Shown here piece after piece: positions 29,449-39,237 of a DNA stretch of 64,000 nucleotides. Source of the stretch: a virus; the IMG/VR virus record IMGVR_UViG_3300042922_000725, positions 1-64,000 of that record; one strand, given 5' to 3'. Position numbers and translations under genes: made by a program. The notes beneath the pieces are model-generated. The model worked only from the letters and a program-made list of their open reading frames with translations. It was not told the origin of the DNA and made no database searches. The stretch's first letter is position 1. Every line of letters begins with the position of its first letter.

Positions 29449-30456
29449 ATGTCAAAATTATTTAATACAGAGGTTGCAAGCATAATAAAAGAACAAAGCC
29501 TTTATAAGTGGGCTACAAAAGTAAATAATAAGTTTGAATTAAGTTCAGAGGATAAAGAAATCACCGAGGTAATGGATGCTTTTGCTAGAGAACTTGGTAA
29601 GACAGGTAAAAATTCTGACAATAACACAGTAATTGCTGAATATATTAAACAAGTAATTGAGCCAGAAGTATACAATCCAAATGAGTCAATATTAAGCGAT
29701 ATGTTTAATATTGGTAGTATTGGAGAGTTTGACGAAAAAGCTTATACTGGCTTACCAAAGAACACTATAAAAGTATTTGATGCTGTAAGAGGCGGTAATG
29801 TTCAAAAGTCTTTTGTTGACCCAGGCGTGTTTACTCCTGTTAGTTTTGCTTTACAGGCAGAAACAGAAATAGATTATTCTGACTTGAGAAGGAATGGTTT
29901 TAAATCAATAGCTAGAATGACTCAATTAGCAGAAGAAGCTTTGAACAATGAAAAGTTTTACAGAATATTCCAAGGCGTTGATAATGCGTTAGGCGCTTTG
30001 ACAGGAGACCAGGATATAGATAGTGGTTCTGCTCTAACTTTAGCTAATATGGACACTTTTACCACTTATCTTAATGATATGGCTGAAGGAAATCCTTTCA
30101 TGATAGGTTTAAGCAAAATAACTAATCCTATCAGAAGAATGGATGGATTTGAAAGCTTCTTATCTGAAGAAATGAAAAATGAATTTAATAGATTAGGAAA
30201 AGTTGGTTTATACTCAGGAGTTAGAGTTGAAGACGTTCCAACAGCTAGAAAGACTGCAAATGGAAAATTCTTAATTCCTGAAAAGAGAATATTCGGTATA
30301 GCAGGTAAAATAGGTGATATGGACATGAAGGGTGAATTAAGATATTATGAAACTCCAGACCATGATGCTGAAAAGATAAGACTTAAATTCACTGGTTTTG
30401 ATGTTACATATGTAATTTACTATCTGCAAAAAATGGCTAGAATTACTTTAGACTAA
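29449..30456 (+). CDS. major capsid protein
   Basis: 335 aa, gene order, strong RBS, terminator downstream. Confidence 0.75.
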   Translation: MSKLFNTEVASIIKEQSLYKWATKVNNKFELSSEDKEITEVMDAFARELGKTGKNSDNNTVIAEYIKQVIEPEVYNPNESILSDMFNIGSIGEFDEKAYTGLPKNTIKVFDAVRGGNVQKSFVDPGVFTPVSFALQAETEIDYSDLRRNGFKSIARMTQLAEEALNNEKFYRIFQGVDNALGALTGDQDIDSGSALTLANMDTFTTYLNDMAEGNPFMIGLSKITNPIRRMDGFESFLSEEMKNEFNRLGKVGLYSGVRVEDVPTARKTANGKFLIPEKRIFGIAGKIGDMDMKGELRYYETPDHDAEKIRLKFTGFDVTYVIYYLQKMARITLD

Positions 30457-30466
30457 TAAGCTTTAG

Positions 30467-30494
30467 TATTAGGGTGGAGAAATCTGCCCTAATA
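30467..30494 (+). terminator. terminator hairpin after the capsid gene
   Basis: TATTAGGGTGGA-GAAA-TCTGCCCTAATA. Confidence 0.65.
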
Positions 30495-30526
30495 TGATTT
30501 ATTTTTAAAATTAGGAGGATATTAAT

Positions 30527-31267
30527 ATGCAATTAGTAAATGGAAAAATAAGAGTTTATAATTATGAGCAGAATCCTTGTGGATTTCCATCGGATATGAA
30601 TAAACGAGGAGTTTTTATTGAAGCTTCTAATGGAGAAGAACCTGTTATGGAATATATATTTTTCTCTGATATTGAGCAAGAAAATACAAAATCAGATATA
30701 TTTAAAACAGGAAGATTAAGATTTCATAAAGACGAAGAAGAAGAAGTTTATGAAAAATTAAATATTGTAGACAAAGAAAATATAATGACAAATAGAGAAA
30801 TGAGACAATTACTATTGGACAAATCAACAGATAATTTAAAAAGAATTGACAAAATAAAATCATTAGGATTATTAACTAGAATGAAATCTGTAATTATAAA
30901 TATGTCTATTGGAGGAGAAACTGTGCCTAATCAAGTTATCTCTGTTGTTAATGAAAAATATGATGAATTGAGATACGGTGGAAGAAAAAATGAAAATTCA
31001 TATTTAAATAAATTGGTAAATGAAGAAAAAGAAAGTCAAGAAAAAGAATCTTTGCTTGGTGCATTTAACGAATTAAATAAAAAGGTAGATTTAATACAAA
31101 GAGAAAAAGAAGAAAATGAGAAAAAGTCACAAGACGCATTAAATGATTTACTTAAAATGGTTCAAGCTCTAAAATTAGAAAATGAAACTTTAAAGAATAA
31201 ACCAGAAGAAAAAGTAGAAGAAAAGGCAAAACCAGGAAGAAAAAAAGTAGAAGTAGAAAATCAATAA
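30527..31267 (+). CDS. virion morphogenesis protein (hypothetical)
   Basis: Post-capsid position, C-terminal coiled coil and KPGRKK tail. Confidence 0.55.
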   Translation: MQLVNGKIRVYNYEQNPCGFPSDMNKRGVFIEASNGEEPVMEYIFFSDIEQENTKSDIFKTGRLRFHKDEEEEVYEKLNIVDKENIMTNREMRQLLLDKSTDNLKRIDKIKSLGLLTRMKSVIINMSIGGETVPNQVISVVNEKYDELRYGGRKNENSYLNKLVNEEKESQEKESLLGAFNELNKKVDLIQREKEENEKKSQDALNDLLKMVQALKLENETLKNKPEEKVEEKAKPGRKKVEVENQ

Positions 31268-31288
31268 ATTTGGAGGTGGTCTTTTAAG

Positions 31289-31765
31289 ATGTTGACTCTA
31301 TATTCAGATATTTTTGAAAGATTTAAAAGGAAGTTATTAAAAGACCCAGATTTTTTTCTATATAAAAATATATCAGACGAAGAAGCTGAAGAATTTGTGA
31401 ATGAAAAATGTATAATTCTTTTGAATGAAGCAATATCTGAATTAATGAATAGTTGTATTCCAGATGTTGATTTTTATGATAAAGATGATAATTTACAGGT
31501 TTTTAATTTTGAAGTGGTTAACTTAGAAAAGGATTTAATTTCTGAGATTATGAGATATAAATATATAGAACAAGATGAGGTTAGATTAAAAGTTTTATTT
31601 AACAATTTTACAACTAAAGAAGTGAATATATTCTCTCCTGCGGAAGAAAGAAAATCATTCGAATTATTGCTAAAAGAAAACAAGAATAATATAGAAAATA
31701 AAATAAGCAATTATTCAATGAGAGATAGAATCACTGGAAAATTTAAAAGCGTTGTTGGGGATTGA
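31289..31765 (+). CDS. putative head-tail adaptor
   Basis: Helical 158-aa protein, gene order, FSPAEE motif. Confidence 0.5.
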   Translation: MLTLYSDIFERFKRKLLKDPDFFLYKNISDEEAEEFVNEKCIILLNEAISELMNSCIPDVDFYDKDDNLQVFNFEVVNLEKDLISEIMRYKYIEQDEVRLKVLFNNFTTKEVNIFSPAEERKSFELLLKENKNNIENKISNYSMRDRITGKFKSVVGD

Positions 31766-33057
31766 TTAAAATGATAAAAGATATAAATTATTATAGGAAA
31801 CTTGCAGGGAGTTATAATTTTAATACTGAAAAAGAATACAAACTATCTCAAATTTCAGACAACTATAACAAAAACATGGCTAATGTGATAACTGGTTTTG
31901 ATATATTGATAAGTACAGATAGAGCTGATGTAGTAAAAATTAATGGGATAGAAAAAAGAGCTTTAATTGATTATAATTCTAATTTCACTCTGGCAAAGCT
32001 AGAAAATGGTCAAAGAACAATAAAAACATATCCTAACGATATGAAAACTGGTGATTATGTTGAAATAAAGAATTATACAGATGCAGATGTTTATATAAAA
32101 CATATAGTAATAGCGAAAGACCCAATGAGAGAAAACTATGAACAAGGTTATATTAAAGAATGTAATTTTACTCCTAAATGGATTGACGAATTCAATAATA
32201 TAATTGAAAGATGCTGTATATTGGAGGATAAAACATTATATACTTCAGGTGAAAAAATAAACAAATATCTTGTTCAAGGAGATACCGATGCTATAATGAC
32301 AATGCCAAATGATAAGAATACTATAAAACTTAAAACTGGGGATAGATTTATTTTAGGAAATAATATAAATCAAAGGAAGGTTTATCGTATAACTAAAACT
32401 AATGATTTTGAAGAAGGTTTACTTAATATTTATCTTGTTGAAGATAAAATTAGTGATGAATACGATAATTTAACCCTTGGTATAGCCAACTATTATGGTA
32501 AACCTACTATAAATATAAACATATTAAATGAACTTCCATTAAAGGTAACACAAGGACTAACAGTACAATTAAATCATGAAATTAAGGTTGACGGAGAAGT
32601 TAGTAACTTACCTGTAGTATACAGCTCCAATAATACAAATGTAAGCATTGATAATAACGGATTAATAACAGGAAATACTTTAGGTAATTCAACAATTACA
32701 GTAAGTCTAGAAGATAATCCAAATATAAAATCTACTATTAATATTGAAGTTGTTTCTTTACCTATATCCGACAATTACAGCGTAAAAATAATAGGCTCTG
32801 ACTCTATACCAAAAACAGTTACTCCAAAAACTTATACAGCCAATATATATAACAATGGAGAATTGATAACTGATAATAGTCAAAGTGTTACATGGAGTGT
32901 TAGTGACAATAGTAAAATACAAATAACTTATCAAGATGATAAAACTATTAAAATTAAGGGATTGGCTTATGAAGGAACATTTATATTAACGGCAAAATTA
33001 AATAGTGATATAACAATAAAAGATGATAAAACGATTATTTTATCTACTGCTAACTAG
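31762..33057 (+). CDS. putative head-closure protein with C-terminal Ig-like (Big_2) domains
   Basis: ECN..PKW and RFI...YRIT motifs; VYSSNN..VSIDNNGLITG..G.STITV Big_2. Confidence 0.6.
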   Translation: MIKMIKDINYYRKLAGSYNFNTEKEYKLSQISDNYNKNMANVITGFDILISTDRADVVKINGIEKRALIDYNSNFTLAKLENGQRTIKTYPNDMKTGDYVEIKNYTDADVYIKHIVIAKDPMRENYEQGYIKECNFTPKWIDEFNNIIERCCILEDKTLYTSGEKINKYLVQGDTDAIMTMPNDKNTIKLKTGDRFILGNNINQRKVYRITKTNDFEEGLLNIYLVEDKISDEYDNLTLGIANYYGKPTININILNELPLKVTQGLTVQLNHEIKVDGEVSNLPVVYSSNNTNVSIDNNGLITGNTLGNSTITVSLEDNPNIKSTINIEVVSLPISDNYSVKIIGSDSIPKTVTPKTYTANIYNNGELITDNSQSVTWSVSDNSKIQITYQDDKTIKIKGLAYEGTFILTAKLNSDITIKDDKTIILSTAN

Positions 33058-33068
33058 GAGGTATTTGG

Positions 33069-33605
33069 ATGTTTGATAATTATTATTTTAATGCAGACCA
33101 AGCAAATAATATAAATAGAAACATATCTGATAAGTTGTGTGAAAATGAAAGACTTATGAAGTTGCTTTTTTATGGTTCTGTGGATGCCTTAGACAGACCT
33201 CCTATATATATGACAGATGAAAATATAATGTTTGAAATAGCAAAACAACCTATTATTTACGACAAGGATATAAAAACAAGAATTTTCTTTTCTCCAAGTC
33301 CTAAGCAAACTCAAGAAGATCAAAGAGTGGAACTAAGGTTTTTTATACTTGATTTTATTCCAGAAAACAATGTACTATCAAAAGCGAGATTTTGTTTTCA
33401 AATAGTATGTTTTGATAGGCTGTGGAATTTAAACGAAGGTAAGGTTAGACCATATGAAATAATAACTGAAATATTAAATTCATTAAATGGAGTGGATATT
33501 AAAGGTATAGGCTTATTAAGCTTTGCAAAAAATCCAATTACATATAGGGAGTTTTCTGATTGGCATAGAGGTTACGTTATGTTCGGTTCAACAAGAGTTG
33601 AGTAG
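33069..33605 (+). CDS. putative tail terminator/completion protein
   Basis: Neck position; LMKLLFY...DAL, RPYEI...LNG..I.GIG. Confidence 0.5.
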   Translation: MFDNYYFNADQANNINRNISDKLCENERLMKLLFYGSVDALDRPPIYMTDENIMFEIAKQPIIYDKDIKTRIFFSPSPKQTQEDQRVELRFFILDFIPENNVLSKARFCFQIVCFDRLWNLNEGKVRPYEIITEILNSLNGVDIKGIGLLSFAKNPITYREFSDWHRGYVMFGSTRVE

Positions 33606-33615
33606 GTGACAATTT

Positions 33616-34500
33616 GTGATAAGTATAGATGATGAAAGATTTATATATGATGAACCTTTTAAATATTTGCCAGAGAATATAAGAATAAAAAAAGATGAAT
33701 TATTAGATGAATTTCATAGACTAGAACAGATATTAGGGTATTCCGAAGTAAATGAAAGAATTGAAGAAATATTAATTGAACTTAAAGAATTAGAAAAAGA
33801 AATATTGATGATTTATCCAGTTACAGTTAGAAGCTATTTGGGTTTTCACAGTTGTATTAATTGTTTATTACTTGAAAAAAATAGAGAACCAGATATTAGA
33901 ATTTTAAAAATGTCATATTTAGATTATTTGTTTGAATTACAAACAAGAAGTGTTGAAAATAAGATATTTTTGCAATGGTTAGAATATTTAATGTTTTTAG
34001 TATTTAAATGCAAAAGTCTTGATTTCTATTACGATAAAAATAAGAAAATATTTTTTAAAATAAATGATATAGTTTTAAATTCAAATGATTTTGACAATAT
34101 AAAGGATATTATATTAAAACAAAATGGAATAGAGCATGAGGAAAATATAATTGATTTTGAGTTTGAAAAAGCTTTGAAAGAAGCGCAAAAATATAAAGAA
34201 AAACACGAAGATAAACCAGCCAATTTAGAAGAAAGAATAATTTCTTATCATTCTTTTAATGGATATGATTATGAAAAAATATATAATTTAACTATTAGAA
34301 AATTTAATAAAGGACTACAAAGAATGTGTATGAAAACAGATTATGAAGTACATAAAGCCGCAGAAATATCAGGAATGGTTAAATTTAAAGATAGCGTTAA
34401 TCATTGGCTTTCTCACGTAGAACCTAAACAAAAATTTGAAGGTTTGGTTGTTAAAGATGCGGATTCAACAATTAATCAAATTAAATCTGCACTTGAATAA
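33616..34500 (+). CDS. tail assembly protein (hypothetical)
   Basis: Position before the tail tube gene; MSYLDYL, ILKQN, LTIRKF, HWL. Confidence 0.5.
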   Translation: MISIDDERFIYDEPFKYLPENIRIKKDELLDEFHRLEQILGYSEVNERIEEILIELKELEKEILMIYPVTVRSYLGFHSCINCLLLEKNREPDIRILKMSYLDYLFELQTRSVENKIFLQWLEYLMFLVFKCKSLDFYYDKNKKIFFKINDIVLNSNDFDNIKDIILKQNGIEHEENIIDFEFEKALKEAQKYKEKHEDKPANLEERIISYHSFNGYDYEKIYNLTIRKFNKGLQRMCMKTDYEVHKAAEISGMVKFKDSVNHWLSHVEPKQKFEGLVVKDADSTINQIKSALE

Positions 34501-34534
34501 TAAAAAATAAATAAAAATAAGGAGGAATATACAC

Positions 34535-35506
34535 ATGAATGAGTTTTTAATTTCGGTATGTGATGCTATAGTTAGAGACAGAGAAGCTGACCAAATTATG
34601 ATATATGCAAAAACAGAGATGGAATCAACTATGTCCCAAGAAGTTGCATCACAAGAAATAGCTGGTGGTTTTGAAAATAAACTTTTGTTTGACCACAATC
34701 ATACAAAAAGATTGAATTTTACTCTTAATGATGCTAGATTTGACGAAGGGTATCTTGCAATAAACAGTGGGGTTCTTATTGAAAATGTTGCTAAAGATGT
34801 TTACAAAAGAGATATTATAACTCTTGATGCAAGTGGTAATGGAGTTGCAAGTTCTACTCCAGTAGGTAAAGTATTTATAAAAGGTTCAACAGGAATTGTA
34901 TCTGTTACACCATCAGGTTCAAATTTTACATATTTGCAATTTGCAAGTCAAAAAGTTGAAGTGGTTTATAAATATAATACAAATGTTGATTCTATTGATT
35001 TTAATGCTAGTAAATTTTCCAAGACTTATGAACTAACATTAATAGGCAAAAGATTTAATAAAACTGGACAGTCAGCAGAAATTCAAATTATAATTCCAAA
35101 TTGGAAACCAACTGGTAGTTTTTCTTTGAACTTTACAGCAGAAGGAAATACTACTTCTCCAATAGAAGGTAAGGCATTAGCTGATGATATAACAGATTCT
35201 TATGGTAGTTTAAATATAGTTCCAGTTAATCAAACTATAACTTATTCAGCAATAGCTTCTATACCAACAAATGCTGCTTTAAGTTCGTCTAATTCAACTG
35301 TACAAATAACTACTTATGGTATTCGCGGTGGAAGTTATGCAAATGTATTATTTGATGCGTCTGCATGTACTTATGTATCTTCTACAACAGCTACAGCAAC
35401 AGTAAATTCTAGTGGACTAGTTACAAGGGCTGCTTCAGGAACAACTACCATAACAATCACACACACTAGTGGGTTAAAGGATTATGTTCAAATAACCGCT
35501 TCTTAA
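34535..35506 (+). CDS. major tail tube protein with C-terminal Ig-like domain
   Basis: EIAGG.EN.L...H...LNFTL.DA.F; C-terminal ATVNSSGLVT Big_2; strong RBS, terminator downstream. Confidence 0.75.
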   Translation: MNEFLISVCDAIVRDREADQIMIYAKTEMESTMSQEVASQEIAGGFENKLLFDHNHTKRLNFTLNDARFDEGYLAINSGVLIENVAKDVYKRDIITLDASGNGVASSTPVGKVFIKGSTGIVSVTPSGSNFTYLQFASQKVEVVYKYNTNVDSIDFNASKFSKTYELTLIGKRFNKTGQSAEIQIIIPNWKPTGSFSLNFTAEGNTTSPIEGKALADDITDSYGSLNIVPVNQTITYSAIASIPTNAALSSSNSTVQITTYGIRGGSYANVLFDASACTYVSSTTATATVNSSGLVTRAASGTTTITITHTSGLKDYVQITAS

Positions 35507-35558
35507 TAAAATATAAACAAAAGTATATAAATAGAATTACAAATTTATTTATAGTAAT

Positions 35559-35588
35559 AAAAGAGCTATGCCGAAACATGGCTCTTTT
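35559..35588 (+). terminator. terminator after the tail tube gene
   Basis: AAAAGAGCTATG-CCGAAA-CATGGCTCTTTT. Confidence 0.7.
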
Positions 35589-35634
35589 CCATTTTTAATC
35601 CCTAATCCTTAATGTCGGAAGGAGAAAAATAAAA

Positions 35635-36579
35635 ATGTCTAAAAGATTGGATTATGAATATGTGAAGGATTATATTGAAAAGGAAAATTATAAATTGATA
35701 TCTGTTGAATATAAAAAAAGTGCTGATAAATTAAATCTAATTTGTCCTAAAAATCATAACATATGGATAAGTTTTAATAATTTTAAAAAAGGTAAAAGAT
35801 GTGGTGTTTGTTTTGGAAATAATTATCTAAATTATCAAACAGTTAAAAATTTTATAGAAATTGAAAGTGGTAGTAATTGTATATTATTAAGCGAAGATTA
35901 TATAAATAATGTACAAATGCTAAAAATAAAATGTAATTGTGGAAGTGTTTTTAAAACAACTTTTGCAAAATTCAACAATCGAAATAAAAGACAATGTAAT
36001 AATTGCGGTAATTTATTAAAAAATAAAGATAAAGCAAAAATTCATAGTAAATTTGTAGAAGAGATATATAATTTGGTTGCGAATGAATATACAATACTAG
36101 GGCAATATGTTACTAGTAAAACTCCAATATTAATAAAACATAATGTATGTGGAAATGAATATTATGTAACACCATCTAACTTTAATAGTAAACATAATCA
36201 AACAAGGTGCCCTAAATGCAAAAGTTCAAAATCAGAAAAAGAAACAGAAAAGATTTTGAATAAAAATAAAATTATTTATAAAAAACAATTCAAATTTGAT
36301 AATTGTAAAAATATATTTTCATTGCCTTTTGATTTTGCAATTTTTGATAACAATGAAAAATTAATAATTTTATTGGAACTAGATGGAGAACAACACTACA
36401 AACCTGTTAGATTTGGTGGTGTTAGTCACGACATTGCAGAAAAGAACTACAAGTTAAACAAGATTAGAGATGATATTAAAAATGAATATTGTGAAAAAAA
36501 TAATATACGTTTACTTCGAATTTCATATATAGAGTTTAAAAATATTGAGCAAATATTAATTAACGAACTCAATAGATAA
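35635..36579 (+). CDS. zinc-ribbon repeat + PD-(D/E)XK/Vsr-like free-standing endonuclease
   Basis: CxxxH/CxxC repeats; SKSEK, LPFDFAI, LELDGEQHY, RDDIKN.YC..NNI.LLRI. Confidence 0.8.
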   Translation: MSKRLDYEYVKDYIEKENYKLISVEYKKSADKLNLICPKNHNIWISFNNFKKGKRCGVCFGNNYLNYQTVKNFIEIESGSNCILLSEDYINNVQMLKIKCNCGSVFKTTFAKFNNRNKRQCNNCGNLLKNKDKAKIHSKFVEEIYNLVANEYTILGQYVTSKTPILIKHNVCGNEYYVTPSNFNSKHNQTRCPKCKSSKSEKETEKILNKNKIIYKKQFKFDNCKNIFSLPFDFAIFDNNEKLIILLELDGEQHYKPVRFGGVSHDIAEKNYKLNKIRDDIKNEYCEKNNIRLLRISYIEFKNIEQILINELNR

Positions 36580-36721
36580 AATACAACTTTATAGTGTTTT
36601 TGTTGAATTAATGTATAAAAATAATCATTATCATATAAATAATGCTTTAAATTAGAAAATACTAGAGACTTGCTTAATCTCTCTAATAATATAAAACATT
36701 AAAAGGAAAGAGGTGTTTTTA

Positions 36722-37291
36722 ATGGCTCAATTATATTTTGGTTCTAATTCAACTCAAACTTCAACGGCAAATCAAGAAATAATTCAAATAAATAAACCAT
36801 TAAATTACGAAGGAACTTTTGTTACAAACACATTGAGTTTTAGTAACAATGAAGATTGTCATGTAAAAATAAATAACAGTGACGAAATATTCATTCCAAG
36901 CGGTGGTTTTGATTTTGGAAGTGAGCATTCTATAAGAACTTTTGAAATTGTAGAAGCAGATATTGAGTTTAATTATTTAGGCTCATATTTACCAGCAAAA
37001 ATCAATCAGAATCAATCAAAAGATAATCCTTCTAACTTTATAGGTATAACAGCAAGACCTGCTCAAATTACTCTAGATAATGGAGAGACCAGCTTGATAA
37101 CTGTAACTGGTTTAAGAGAAGGCGTTTATAGTAATATAATTAATCCTGTAAATACATACTACTCTTCCGATGATGAAGATATTTGTTCTGTGTCTAATCA
37201 AGGTTTAGTGTCTTATGTAGGAAGTGGAGAAACGAATATAATTGTTACAAACAGTGGCTTTACAGATACTATCCATGTTACATGTAATTAG
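36722..37291 (+). CDS. Ig-like (Big_2) domain virion protein
   Basis: C-terminal YSSDDEDICSVSNQGLVS..GSGET.I, paralogous to the tail tube C-terminus. Confidence 0.65.
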   Translation: MAQLYFGSNSTQTSTANQEIIQINKPLNYEGTFVTNTLSFSNNEDCHVKINNSDEIFIPSGGFDFGSEHSIRTFEIVEADIEFNYLGSYLPAKINQNQSKDNPSNFIGITARPAQITLDNGETSLITVTGLREGVYSNIINPVNTYYSSDDEDICSVSNQGLVSYVGSGETNIIVTNSGFTDTIHVTCN

Positions 37292-37309
37292 TAAGCGAGG
37301 TGAATAAAA

Positions 37310-37639
37310 GTGGGTTATAATAATAATAAAGTTGGAATAGCAACAAATAGTCAAAAACTTGCTTCACGTGAAGATACTTACTACCTAAACTTCAATAATC
37401 TAAGTAACAAACCACAAACATTAGAATTTACATATACGGCTAGTTCAGCAACAAATACAATTCCAATAGGAATGACAATCAATCCATTAAAAGATAAGAT
37501 ATCAATTATATGGGAAGGTCTTCCTTTAACCTTGGAGAATTACGAATTAAAAACAAATAATTATGAAATCTTATTGACAGATTGGACTTGTGATTCTGGA
37601 GATAAGTTCTATTTTACTGTTTATAAGAACATGAAATAA
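37310..37639 (+). CDS. hypothetical tail-associated protein (possible spike adaptor)
   Basis: GAGGTG RBS; beta-rich; directly upstream of the beta-helix gene. Confidence 0.5.
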   Translation: MGYNNNKVGIATNSQKLASREDTYYLNFNNLSNKPQTLEFTYTASSATNTIPIGMTINPLKDKISIIWEGLPLTLENYELKTNNYEILLTDWTCDSGDKFYFTVYKNMK

Positions 37640-37651
37640 GGAGGTGTAATA

Positions 37652-39157
37652 ATGGCAAAGCCTCAAAAACAAGTAGAAATTGATAATTTAAGTTCGGAAT
37701 TGGCGCACATCTCGTCACAGAAAGCATATGTTAATAAAGATATGACGACGGCAGAAATTCAAGCAAAAGCTGATAGCCTTATTAACGGTGGAATATTAGA
37801 ATTTATATATTCAAACGAGTATATAATTACAGAGGCTATTTTACTAAAGCCTTACACGACTGTAGAAGGTAATAATAGTAAAATAACGGTAAATAGTGAT
37901 ATAACTGTTTTTGCTACATTGGGGTTGACTGAAACATATAGTAATATAATTATTCAAAATTTAGAAATTTGGGATAATGGTGTTTTGGCACGTAGTAAAT
38001 ATCACATTGATTTAAAAAATGCAGTTGTCTCAAGTATATTTAATGTAAAAATTTATAGTGGAACAATGTCTCCTAGTGATGTCGCAGGAATTAAATTTTC
38101 GAGAAATGAAGCAATTTCCACTTTTGTAAATACTGTAGAAAAATGTGTTTTAAATCAAGCCAGTATAGTCATGGAATCAAGTGATTCATGGATAAAACAT
38201 AATACGATTTGGGCATATAGTAGGAGTTTCGGCATTCATGTAGTTAAAACAAGTCAATTTATATCGGAAAATCAGATTGTTGGAAGCCCTGTGCATGGTG
38301 GCATATATGTAAATGATATAATAGACAATTTCAACATTGAACTATTGAAAATAGTAGATAATTATTTTGACGGTTCTTATGATTTAATAGATTCGGGTAT
38401 AGGCATCAAAGGGAATAAACTTGTTGAATGTTTAATAACCAATAATGATTTTTGGAGACAAATGGATGAAGCAATTATATTAACATCTTCAAGCGATAAT
38501 AAAATTATTGGTAATACTTTTAAAAATTGTAATAGACGTGATAATTCGAAATCAGATATAGTGATAAATGGTGGCGGATATAACATAATTGCCTCAAATG
38601 GATTTACACGACAAGTTGTGCATACAAATAAAGGCAAAGCTATTAGCGGGACATCAACCAATAATAGTATATATGGCAATATGATATATTTCGATAGTTA
38701 TTATTTGGCACCGATAATTGATGTTGATGCTACAAATAAATTGCTAAACAATCTAAATAGCAATGTAGTTGACACAAAAAGATTACCATCTAAGTCAATC
38801 TTAACATTTTGGCAAGATGGCGTAGCAGCTAGTGTAGGGTTAACATCTGTAAATACAAATGGAAGTGCATTAAAATCTTATATACTAGGTTACAATGCAA
38901 AGATTCTCGCAATAAGTTTAGTTGTTAGTATTCCAAGGACGGCAGGAACACTAGTGCTTACAGTTTACAAAAATGGTGTTTCTACAGGAGAGCTTCTTAC
39001 CTATAATACTGGTGTCTATACAATGAATAAAACATTTACAACTCCTATAACAATTACAACATCAGATGCTATTTCTTTAAGATATAATACAGACTCAAGT
39101 TGGCTGCCAACAACATTAAATTTCTCGGCTTCTTTGTTAATAGAAATTAGCGAGTAA
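37652..39157 (+). CDS. right-handed parallel beta-helix protein, putative tailspike / polysaccharide depolymerase
   Basis: AEIQAKAD...GG.L....Y.ITE.I entry motif, many I.xN.F/I beta-helix repeats, C-terminal beta-sandwich. Confidence 0.75.
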   Translation: MAKPQKQVEIDNLSSELAHISSQKAYVNKDMTTAEIQAKADSLINGGILEFIYSNEYIITEAILLKPYTTVEGNNSKITVNSDITVFATLGLTETYSNIIIQNLEIWDNGVLARSKYHIDLKNAVVSSIFNVKIYSGTMSPSDVAGIKFSRNEAISTFVNTVEKCVLNQASIVMESSDSWIKHNTIWAYSRSFGIHVVKTSQFISENQIVGSPVHGGIYVNDIIDNFNIELLKIVDNYFDGSYDLIDSGIGIKGNKLVECLITNNDFWRQMDEAIILTSSSDNKIIGNTFKNCNRRDNSKSDIVINGGGYNIIASNGFTRQVVHTNKGKAISGTSTNNSIYGNMIYFDSYYLAPIIDVDATNKLLNNLNSNVVDTKRLPSKSILTFWQDGVAASVGLTSVNTNGSALKSYILGYNAKILAISLVVSIPRTAGTLVLTVYKNGVSTGELLTYNTGVYTMNKTFTTPITITTSDAISLRYNTDSSWLPTTLNFSASLLIEISE

Positions 39158-39168
39158 TTTAATTAAGA

Positions 39169-39219
39169 AATAAAAATAACTGAATTGTATTGGTAGAATA
39201 TAAATCAGTTATTTTTATT
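39169..39219. terminator. bidirectional terminator between convergent genes
   Basis: 15-bp perfect inverted repeat AATAAAAATAACTGA/TCAGTTATTTTTATT. Confidence 0.65.
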
Positions 39220-39237
39220 AAAAATCATCAGAATATT

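Noticed and set aside
28918-34524. Repeated AAAAATAAATAAAA(T)TAGGAGG upstream of the decoration, capsid and tail tube genes
   Set aside because: Most simply A-rich translation enhancers plus Shine-Dalgarno sequences of highly expressed genes.
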